Shown piece by piece: positions 54,285 to 64,000 of a stretch of DNA of 64,000 nucleotides. The stretch is from Macrostomum lignano (taxonomy: Eukaryota). The notes under the pieces are model-generated. The model had not been told where the DNA came from. It saw only the letters and a program-made list of their open reading frames with translations, and ran no database searches. The DNA lies in the NCBI GenBank assembly GCA_002269645.1, contig NIVC01000371.1, forward strand, positions 294,459 to 358,458. Reading direction: 5' to 3'. Made by a program: the position numbers and the translations under genes. The first letter of the stretch is position 1; each line of letters opens with the position of its first letter.

Positions 54285-55385
54285 GCTTATCAAGCGCAGT
54301 AATCCTTGGCTATCGAGTGCAGTAATCCTTGGTTTATTAATAGCAATAATCCATGCCTTATCGAGTGCAGTAATTCTTGGTTTGCCAAGTGCAGTAAGTA
54401 ATCCTTGGTTTATTAATAGCAATAATCCATGGCTTATGAGTGCAGTAATCCTTGGTTTATTAATAGCAATATTCCTTGGCTTATCGAGTGCAGTAATTCA
54501 TGGTTTATTAATAGCAATAATCCTTGGCTTATCGAGTGCAGTAATCCTTGGTTTATTAATAGCAATAATCCTTGGCTTATCGAGTGCAGTAATCCTTGGT
54601 TTATTAATAGCAATAATCCATGCCTTATCGAGTGCAGTAATCCTTGGTTTATTAATAGCAATAATCCTTGGCTTATCGAGTGCAGTAATCCTTGGTTTAT
54701 TAATAGCAATAATCCTTGGCTTATCGAGTGCAGTAATCCTTGGTTTATTAATAGCAATAATCCTTGGTTTATTAATAGCAATAATCCTTGATTAATCAAG
54801 TGCAGTAATCCTTGGTTTGCCAAGAGCAATAGTCCTTGGTTTATTGAGTGCAGTAATCCTTGGTTTATTAATAGCAATAATCCTTGGCTTATCGAGTGCA
54901 GTAATCCTTGGTTTGCCAAGTGCATAATCCTTGGTTTATTAATAGCAATAATCCTTGGTTTATCGAGTGCAGTAATCCTTGGTTTATTAATAGCAATAAT
55001 CCTTGGCTTATCGAGTGCAGTAATCCTTGGTTTATTAATAGCAATAATCCATGGCTTATCGAGTGCAGTAATCCTTGGTTTGCCAAGAGCAATAGTCCTT
55101 GGCTTATCGAGTGCAGTAATCCTTGGTTTGCCAAGAGCAATAGTCCTTGGTTTATTGAGTGCAGTAATCCTTGGTTTATTAATAGCAATAGTCCTTGGTT
55201 TATTGAGTGCAGTAATCCTTGGTTTATTAATAGCAATAATCCTTGGCTTATCGAGTGCAGTAATCCTTGGTTTGCCAAGTGCATAATCCTTGGTTTATTA
55301 ATAGCAATAATCCTTGGCTTATCGAGTGCAGTATTCCTTGGTTTGCCAAGAGCAATAATCCTTAGCTTATCGAGTGCAGTAATCT
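54285..55385. repeat. 48-bp (2x24) satellite (AGTGCAGTAATCCTTGGTTTATTAATAGCAATAATCCTTGGCTTATCG)
   Basis: Tandem repetition, unique to unit 1. Confidence 0.95.
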
Positions 55386-55457
55386 AAGTGTTTTTATTTA
55401 GTCCTTTAATAAAAGCTTTTAATAAAAAAATTTACACTACTACTTTTAAACTACTTA

Positions 55458-55516
55458 GATTCGAACCCAGGTCGCTGCATTAGCAGTCTGGTCTGCTCAG
55501 CTCTAGGCTAGCTCTC
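55458..55516 (-). other. tRNA-derived Pol III-promoter-like head (A box + B box); other copies at 53932-53991, 59091-59147, 62163-62221
   Basis: Minus strand GAGAGC-TAGCCTAGAG(C/G)T...GACTGCTAAT...CCTG-GGTTCGAATC. It has an A-box-like TAGCCTAGAGG and a B box GGTTCGAAT at tRNA-like spacing, but no intact acceptor stem. Confidence 0.5.
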
Positions 55517-56189
55517 ATCGAAGTTATCAGTGAATTTGTACCACTTATATAATTCAACACTCACACCAAGTCAGGTAGAGTAAAAAGTCACGCGAAGCAG
55601 TTATGACATAATCAATTTCTTAGGCAAGTCAGTACCAGTGTCTATGAAAGCTAACAATATGGTTACGTAATATAAATTCAGTACTGCACTATACTTTCAC
55701 ACTCAAAGCTGTGACGCAATTCAATTGAGTGTCAAATTCAGCCAGTACACAGACGATAAATAAAGTGTATTGTGATGCAATCTATTTCAGAATCAGAATT
55801 CAACCAGTCAGTTTTTTCTCTAGCATTTTTACAGTGCGTTTCAAGTCGAAATAGCTGCTTGACCTTTGCAAAAAAGCATGTTTTTCGAATATTTAATCCC
55901 TTTAGCATCGAGCAATTTCTTAGCCACGATGCATGTACCGTCACGGAAAAATTTCTGATCGAATGGTGCAAGTTTGAACAAAATCGGTTGAGCCATTTTT
56001 GCTAAAATCGATCACACACACATATACCGACAGACCATTTTTAGTATATGGACTAGCAATCTTCGCCCCCCGATGGGGGGCATCTAGATAGAATCTCTGG
56101 CACTCTACAAGTATCAAAAAGACGGCCAAATAAAGCCTTCACATAGACAATAGAAAAACTGCTCAAATGAAGTGCAATGCAAAAAAATA

Positions 56190-57330
56190 TCCCAGGACAG
56201 CAAGCAACCCCCCAGATAGCAAGCACCCCCAGATAGCAAGCATCCACCTAATAGCAAGCACCCTTAGATAGCAAGCATCCCCAGATAGCAAGCACCCTTG
56301 GATAGCAAGGCAAGCATCTCCAGATAGCAAGCACCCCCAGATAGCAGGCACCCCAGATAGCAAGCATCCACCTAATAGCAAGCACCCAAAGATAGCAAGC
56401 ATCCACCTAATAGCAAGCACCCTTAGATAGCAAGCACCCCCAGATAGCAAGCACCCCCAGATAGCAAGCACCCCAAGTAGCAAGCATCTCTAGATAGCAA
56501 GCACCCCCAGATAGCAGGCACCCCAGATAGCAAGCATCCACCTAATAGCAAGCACCCCAAGATAGCAAGCATCCACCTAATAGCAAGCACCCTTAGATAG
56601 CAAGCACCCCCAGATAGCAAGCACCCCCAGATAGCAAGCATCTCCAGATAGCAAGCACCCCCAGATAGCAAGCATCCACCTAATAGCAAGCACCCCCAGA
56701 TAGCAAGCATCCACCTAATAGCAAGCACCCCCAGATAGCAAGCATCCACCTAATAGCAAGCACCCCCAGATAGCAAGCATCCACCTAATAGCAAGCACCC
56801 CCAGATAGCAAGCACCCCCAGATAGCAAGCACCCCCAGATAGCAAGCATCTCTAGATAGCAAGCATCCACCTAATAGCAAGCACCCCAAGATAGCAAGCA
56901 TCCACCTAATAGCAAGCACCCTTAGATAGCAAGCACCCCCAGATAGCAAGCACCCCCAGATAGCAAGCACCCCAAGTAGCAAGCATCTCTAGATAGCAAG
57001 CACCCCCAGATAGCAGGCACCCCAGATAGCAAGCATCCACCTAATAGCAAGCACCCCAAGATAGCAAGCATCCACCTAATAGCAAGCACCCTTAGATAGC
57101 AAGCACCCCCAGATAGCAAGCACCCCCAGATAGCAAGCACCCCCAGATAGCACGCATCTCCAGATAGCAAGCACTCCAAGATAGCAGGCACCCCAGATAG
57201 CAAGCATCCACCTAATAGCAAGCACCCCAGATAGCTAGAACCCCAAGATAGCAAGCATCCCCCAGATAGCAAGCACCCCCAGATAGCACGCATCTCCAGA
57301 TAGCAAGCACTCCAAGATAGTAGGCACCCC
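56190..57330. repeat. 15-19-bp satellite (GATAGCAAGCA(C/T)CCCCA); also at ~54030-54260 and ~62830-63615
   Basis: Tandem repetition. It explains the 'MLAIWGCLLSG' ORFs. Confidence 0.95.
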
Positions 57331-57334
57331 ATTT

Positions 57335-59035
57335 ATGTTTGACATGGTAGCTGTTTTGTGTCTGACATGGTGGCTCTTTAATGTTTGAGCTGGTGGCTCT
57401 TTTATGTTTGACATGGTGGCACTTTAATGTCTGAAATGGAGTCATGTATACGCTTGACATGGTGACTCGTAGATGTTTGACAAAGTGGCTCTTTTATGTT
57501 CGACATGTGGCTCTTTAATGTTTGACATGGTGGCTCTTTAATGTTTGACATGGTGGCTCTTTAATGTTTGACATGGTGGGTCTTTAATTTATGACATGGT
57601 GGCTCTTTTATGTTTGACATGATGGCTCTTTAATGTTCGACATGGTGGCTGTTTAATGTTTGTTATGTAGTCATATGTATATGTTTTACATGGTGGCTCT
57701 TTTATGTGTGACATGGAGTCACGTATATATTTGACATGGAGTCACATATGTTTGACATGGTGGCTCTTTAGTGTTCGATATGGTGGCTCTTTAATGTTTG
57801 ACATGGTGGCTCTTTTATGTTTGACATAGTGGCTCTTTAATGTCTGACATGGTGGCTCTTTAATGTTTGACATGGTGGCTCTTTTATGTTTGACATGATG
57901 GCTCTTTAATGTTCGACATGGTGGGCTGTTTAATGTTTGTTATGTAGTCATATGTATATGTTTTACATGGTGGCCCTTTTATGTGTGACATGGAGGCACG
58001 TATATATTCGACATGGAGTCACATATGTTTGACATGGTGGCTCTTTAGTGTTCGATATGGTGGCTCTTTAATGTTTGACATGGTGGCTCTTTAATGTCTG
58101 ACATGGTGGCTCTTTAATGTTTGACATGGTGGCTCTTTTATGTTCGACATGTTGGCTCTTTAGTGTTTGACATGGCTCTTTAATGTTTGACATGGTGGCT
58201 CTTTTATGCTTGACATGGTGGCTCTTTAATGTTCGACATGGTGGCTCTTTAATGTTTGACATGGTGGCTCTTTTATGCTTGACATGGTGGCTCTTTTATG
58301 TTCGACATGGTGGCTCTTTTTTGTTCTACATGGTAACTCTTTTATGTTTGATACGGTGGCTTTTTAATATCTGACATTGTGGCTCTTCTATGTTTGACAT
58401 TGTGGCTCTTTTATGTTTGACATGGTGGCTCTTTAATGTTTGACATGGTGGCTCTTTAATGTACGACATAAAGGTTCGTTTATGTTCGACATGGTGGCTC
58501 TTTTAGGTTTGACATGGTAGCTCTTTATGTTCGACATGGTGGCTCTTTTAGGTTTGACATGGTGGCTCTTTTAGGTTTGACATGGTAGCTCTTTTATGTT
58601 CGACATGGTGGCTCTTAAATGTTTCACATGATGGCTCTTAAATGTCTTACATGGTGGCTCTTTTATGTTTGACAATGTGGCTCTTTAATGTTTTACATGG
58701 CGGCTCTTTTATGTTCGAAATGGTGGCTCTTTAATGTTCGACATGGTGGCTCTTTAATGTTTGACATGCTAGCTCTTTAATGTTCGACATAGTGGCTCTT
58801 TTATGTTTGGCATGGTGGCTCTTTAATGTTCTTCATGGTGGCTCTTTTACGTTTGACATGGTGGCACTTTAATGTTCGACGTGGTGGCTCTTTAATGTTC
58901 GAAATGGTGACTCTTTAATGTTTCACATGGTGGCTCTTTAATGTTTGACATAGAGTCACGTATTTGTTTTACATGGTGCCCATGTAATGTTTGACATGGT
59001 GCCTCTTTTATGTTTGACATTGTGCTTTTTTATGT
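57335..59035. repeat. 22-23-bp satellite (TTTGACATGGTGGCTCTTT(T/A)ATG); resumes at ~63680-64000
   Basis: Tandem repetition at the equivalent position in units 2 and 4. Confidence 0.95.
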
Positions 59036-59848
59036 TTAGCAGTTTCGTGTTTTCAAGGTGTTTTATAAAAAAATTATTTTGCACTACTAAGATTCGAACC
59101 CAGGTCGCTACGTTGGCAGTCCAGTCTGTTCGTATCTAGGCTATCTCTTTTCAATTGGAGTACATGAATTGTGGCCCTTATAATTAAATTCTTACAGCAA
59201 GTCAATTGGGGTAAAAAGTTATGACATAATCAATTTCTCAGTCAGCCAGTATCAGTCTCAGTTCAAGTTAGCAATATTGGTTACGCAATTTTAATCAAGT
59301 CGTGTGTGCATTTCTTCGGCACTGTTTTCAACTTGTTGTGATGCAATCTTTATGACAATCAGAATTCAGCCAGTCAGTTTTTTCTCTAGCATTCTTACAA
59401 TGAATTTTAGGTCGAAAGAGCTGCTTGACCTTTGCAAAAAAGCATGTTTTTCGAATATTTAATCCCTTTATCATTGAGCAATTTTTTAGCCAAGATGCAT
59501 GTACCGTCCCAGGAAAATTTCTGATCGAATGGTGCAAGTTTGAAGAAAATCGGTTGAGCCATTTTTTCTGAAATCTATCGCATACCTACCCACATACAGA
59601 CAACTCATTTTTAGTATATAGGACTAGCAATCTACGCCCCCCGTTGGGGAGCCAAAGAAATGCAATACACGTTTTTTTAATAAGCTACATGTATCCTTGA
59701 AATCTTAAAAAATCTCCTGTCAAACCTTGTAAGCCTTGACATGTCAGTAATTCCCCCCCCCACAAGCTTTAACATATCAACTTCCCCCCTTGACATCTCA
59801 GCAATGCCCCAAACAAGCCTTGGAAATCTAAAAATATCTGTCAACCTT

Positions 59849-59910
59849 CTAACCCTAACCCTAGCCTAACCCTAACCCTAACCCTAACCCTAACCCTAAC
59901 CTAACCCTAA
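59849..59910. repeat. Interstitial telomere-type repeat (CCCTAA)~10, imperfect
   Basis: CCCTAA run with two variant units, at the same position in the duplicated unit as 51523-51561. Confidence 0.9.
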
Positions 59911-60829
59911 AGCATTGAAATTTCAGTAATTCTCTCTAAGAGTCATTATAGCACTACTACAGCATTATAGCGATTCCCTGCAAGCCTCGACATCGTAGAG
60001 ATTCCCAAATGAATCTCTTAACTTCGACATGAAGCTTATTTTATTTTTTACATTACGCTTTTTTTATCAGCGATCCCTCCCCAGAGGAGGCATCAAATAA
60101 TGTAATAAAAAGTTTTCAATAAACTACATGTAGCTTCTGACTTTAGCCTTGAAATCTCATTTATACCCCCGTGAACCTTGACATCTCAGATATTCCCCCG
60201 TAAGTCTTAACATGTCAGCGATGGCCCCATAAACCTTGAAATCTAAAAAATCCCCTGTTATTCTGTTAACCTTGAAATCCGATAAAATATAACCCTCAAC
60301 CCACACCTGACCTAAACCTAACTTTAACCCAACCTAAAGCCTTGAAATCTCAGCAATTCTTCTCCCCTAAGCCTTGACATTTTAGTGATTCCTTCTTTAA
60401 GAATCACAGCACTATAACGATTTCCACCAAGCTTTGACATCGTAGCAATTCCCAAATGAATCTTTTAACTTCGACATGACTTTTCTTTTATGTATACGTA
60501 GTGCTACTTTTATTTTTTACATGACTCTTCTTCTATCAGCGCCCCCCCCCGTGGCGAGCCAACAAATAATGCAATAAAAAAATTGAGTAAAGTACATGAA
60601 CTTTGAAGTAGCTTCTGACTTTTGCTTTGACATCTCAGAACCCCCCCCCCCCCGTAATCTCAGTTATTCTCTGAGAGCCTTGACGTCACAGTTTTTCTCC
60701 CCAGCACAGCATTATAGCTGCATTTAATTTTTACATGACACCCTTCATGTCTGACATGACGCTTCTTTTATTCTACCATGATGCTTCTTAATTTTTTAAA
60801 TGACACTTTCATTAGTTTTTAAATGAGGC

Positions 60830-62095
60830 TCTATGATTTTTTCATGACGCTTCTATGATTTTTACATGACACTTCTATGATTTTTTATATGACGCTTCTA
60901 TGATTGTTTATATGACGCTTCTATGCTTTTTACATGACGCTTCTATGATTTTTTTACATAACGCTTCCATGATTGTTTACATGACGCTTCTATGATTGTT
61001 TACATGACGCTTCTATGATTTTTTACATGACGCTTCTATGATTTTTTCATGACGCTTCTATGATTATTTCATGACGCTTCTACGATTTCTGCAGGACGCT
61101 TCAATGATTTTTACATGACGCTTTATGATTTTTACATGACGCTTCTATGATTGTTTACATGACGCTTCTATGATTGTTTATACGACGCTTCTATGATTTT
61201 TACATGACGCTTCTATGCTTTTTACATGACGCTTCTATGATTGTTTACATGACGCTTCTATGATTGTTTCATGACGCTTCTATGATTGTTTACATGACGC
61301 TTCTATGATTGTTTACATGACGCTTCTATGATTGTTTACATGACGCTTCTATGATTGTTTATACGACGCTTCTATGATTTTTACATGACGCTTCTATGCT
61401 TTTTACATGACGCTTCTATGATTTTTACATGACGCTTCTATGATTGTTTCATGACGCTTCTATGATTGTTTACATGACGCTTCTATGATTTTTTACATGA
61501 CGCTTCTATGATTGTTTACATGACGCTTCTATGATTGTTTATACGACGCTTCTATGATTTTTACATGACGCTTCTATGCTTTTTACATGACGCTTCTATG
61601 ATTTTTTACATGACGCTTCTATGATTGTTTCATGACGCTTCTATGATTTTTTACATGGCGCTTCTATGATTGTTTACATGACGCTTCTATGATTTTTACA
61701 TGACGCTTCTATGATTGTTTACATGACGCTTCCATGATTTTTTACATGACGCTTCTATGATTGTTTACATGACGCTTCTATGATTGTTTACATGACGCTT
61801 CTATGATTGTTTACATGACGCTTCTATGATTGTTTACATGACGCTTCTATGATTTTTATATGACGCTTCTATGATTGTTTACATGACGCTTCTATGATTG
61901 TTTACATGACGCTTCTATGATTGTTTAAATGACGCTTCTATGATTGTTTACATGACGCTTCTATGATTTTTTACATGACGCTTCTATGATTGTTTACATG
62001 ACGCTTCTATGATTTTTACATGACGCTTCTATGATTGTTTACATGACGCTTCTATGATTTTTTACATGACGCTTCTATGATTTTTACATGACGAT
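60830..62095. repeat. Second array of the ACATGACGCTTCTATGATT satellite
   Basis: Same unit as 52540-53875. Confidence 0.95.
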
Positions 62096-62829
62096 TCTTT
62101 TTAAAGAGTCTTTTAGTTTCCTGACGTTGAAAAGCTTTAATTAAAAAATTATACTCTATGAAAATTCGAACCATCGTCGCTGCATTTAACAGTTCAGTTG
62201 TTCACCTCTAGGCTAGCTCTCATCGTTTTGATAACATCAAATTTTGCACTTATATAATTCAACACTTTAAAATCCAAGCATAGAGTAAATCACACGAAGC
62301 AGTTATGACATAATCAGTTTCTCAGTCAGTCAGTATCAGTTAACAATATGGTTACGCAATCTAAATCAAGTCTGGTGCTACGCTTCCACACTGCATTTTC
62401 AATTCAAGTCGGAGTTACAATTCAGTTATGATGCAATCTATTTCAGAATCAGAATTCAACCAGTCAGTTTTTTCTCTAGCATTCTTACAATGCATTTCAA
62501 GTCGAAAAGTTTGCTTGACCTTTGCAAAAAAGCATGTTTTTCGAATATTTAATGCCTTTAGCATCAAGAAATTTCTTAGCCATGTACAGTCACGGGAAAA
62601 TTTCTGATCGAACAGTGCAAGTTCGAACAAAATCGTACAGCCATTTTTTCTCTAATCGATCACATAGACACAGACAGACCATTTTAGTATATAGGACTAG
62701 CAATCTTTGCCCCCGATGGGGACATCTGGATAGAATCCTTGTTTTTTACAAATAACAAATAGACAGCGAAATAAAGCCTTCAGAAAAAACAACAGACATT
62801 CCCTCTTAAAAACAAAACATCCCAAGACA

Positions 62830-63615
62830 GCAAGCATCCTCAGACAACATTCAAGCATTGATCCCCAAATAGCAAGCATCCCCAGACTGCAAGCATCCCC
62901 CAGATAGCAAGCATCCCCAGATAGCAAGCATCCCCCAGACTGCAAGCATCCCCCCGATAGCAAGCATTCCCCCAGACCCCAGATAGCAAGCATCCCCCAG
63001 ATAGCAAGCATCCCGCAGATAGCAAGCATCCCCCAGATAGCAAGCATTCCCCAGATCGCAAGCATCCCCAGATCGCAAGCATCCCCAGATAGCAAGCATT
63101 CCCCCAGACCCAGATAGCAAGCGTCCCCCAGATGGCAAGCATCCCCAGATAGCAAGCATCCCCCAGACTGCAAGCATCCCCCGATAGCAAGCATTCCCCC
63201 AGACCCAGATAGCAAGCATCCCCAGATAGCAAGCATCCCGCAGATAGCAAGCATCCCCAGATAGCAAGCATTCCTCAGATAGCAAGCATCCCCAGATCGC
63301 AAGCATCCCCAGATAGCAAGCATTCCCCCAGACCCCAGATAGCAAGCGTCCCCCAGATAGCAAGCATCCCGCAGATAGCAAGCATCCCCAGATAGCAAGC
63401 ATCCCGCAGATAGCAAGCATCCCCTAGATAGCAAGCATCCCCCCCCCCCAGATAGCAAGCATCCCCAGACAGCAAGCAACCCCTGATAGCAAGCATAACC
63501 TGGATACAAAGATACCTTATAGATATCTAGAACCCCCTCTCAGATAGCAAGTACTCTCACCCCAAGAGCAAGCATCCCCCTGATAGCAAGTATCCATCCT
63601 TAAATAGCAAGCATC
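62830..63615. repeat. GATAGCAAGCATCCCC satellite in unit 4
   Basis: Same family as 56190-57330. Confidence 0.93.
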
Positions 63616-64000
63616 ACCAGAGAAACAAGTAGCTAGTGCCAACAATTTCCTTAGCTTTATAATGGTTTCATTTTGTTTGGCATGACACTTCTTTTATGTT
63701 TGAAATGGTGTCTCTTTTTTGTTTAAAAAGTGGCTTTTTAATGTTTGACATGGTAGCTCTTTTGTGTTTGACATGATAGCTCTTTAATGTTGGACGTGGT
63801 GGCCCTTTTGTGTTTGACATGGTAGCTCTTTAATGTTTGACATGGTGGCTCTTCTATGTTTGCCATGGCGGCCCTTTTACGTTTGAAATGGTGTCTCTGT
63901 TTATGTTTGACATGGTGCTTAGTTGTTTGACATGGTGCTGGTGGCTCTTCTTGTTTGACATGGTGGCTCTTCTATGTTTGACATGGCGGCCCTTTACATT

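Larger units (their letters stand above)
51170..64000 (+). mobile_element. Head-to-tail array of composite satellite-bearing elements (Helitron/Helentron non-autonomous-like); unit starts at 51170, 56052, 59623, 62696
   Basis: Each unit starts ACTAGCAATCT..GCCCCC(C)..GGGG (small GC hairpin). Three units end with the same ~290-bp module (GTGATGCAATC..TTTGCAAAAAAGCATGTTTTTCGAATATTTAAT..CACA/CAGAC microsatellite..TTTAGTATAT(A)GG) that abuts the next ACTAG. Units 1/3 and 2/4 share internal sequence. Confidence 0.6.

Noticed and set aside
53932-62221. Functional tRNA genes
   Set aside because: Only A/B boxes and part of the anticodon arm are recognisable; there is no acceptor stem, and the copies disagree at the anticodon.
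53983-63509. Leu/Cys/Gly-rich ORFs
   Set aside because: Satellite translations with no domain motifs.

Overview
Eukaryotic (metazoan) genomic DNA, not prokaryotic. It has GT-AG spliced genes with GC-rich exons, AT-rich spacers and a different minisatellite in almost every large intron, a style consistent with a flatworm such as Macrostomum (inference only). Five protein-coding loci can be reconstructed by hand: (1) a NAGPA/uncovering-enzyme-like gene (minus, 5426 to beyond base 36) with degenerate catalytic motifs and three apparent frameshifts; (2) an ANKRD60-like gene (plus, 7889-13871) head-to-head with it, with the shared promoter and both first exons tandemly duplicated (5142-6752 / 7088-8749); (3) an OXR1/NCOA7-like LysM-GRAM-TLDc gene (minus, 18515-23372, 5' end not found); (4) an intronless, divergent TRPV-like channel ORF (minus, 34325-36148); (5) a USP2-like deubiquitinase (plus, 42327-47121). 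The last 13 kb is a head-to-tail array of satellite-carrying composite units, each starting ACTAG plus a GC hairpin and ending in a shared module. They carry tRNA-like A/B-box heads and interstitial (CCCTAA)n. Other items: an array of RFX X-box motifs, two copies of a hairpin MITE, a ~785-bp TIR element and a candidate HDV-like ribozyme fold. Most long ORFs in the supplied track are artefacts of tandem repeats. Family calls come from motifs I recall, not database searches. Repeat boundaries are approximate.
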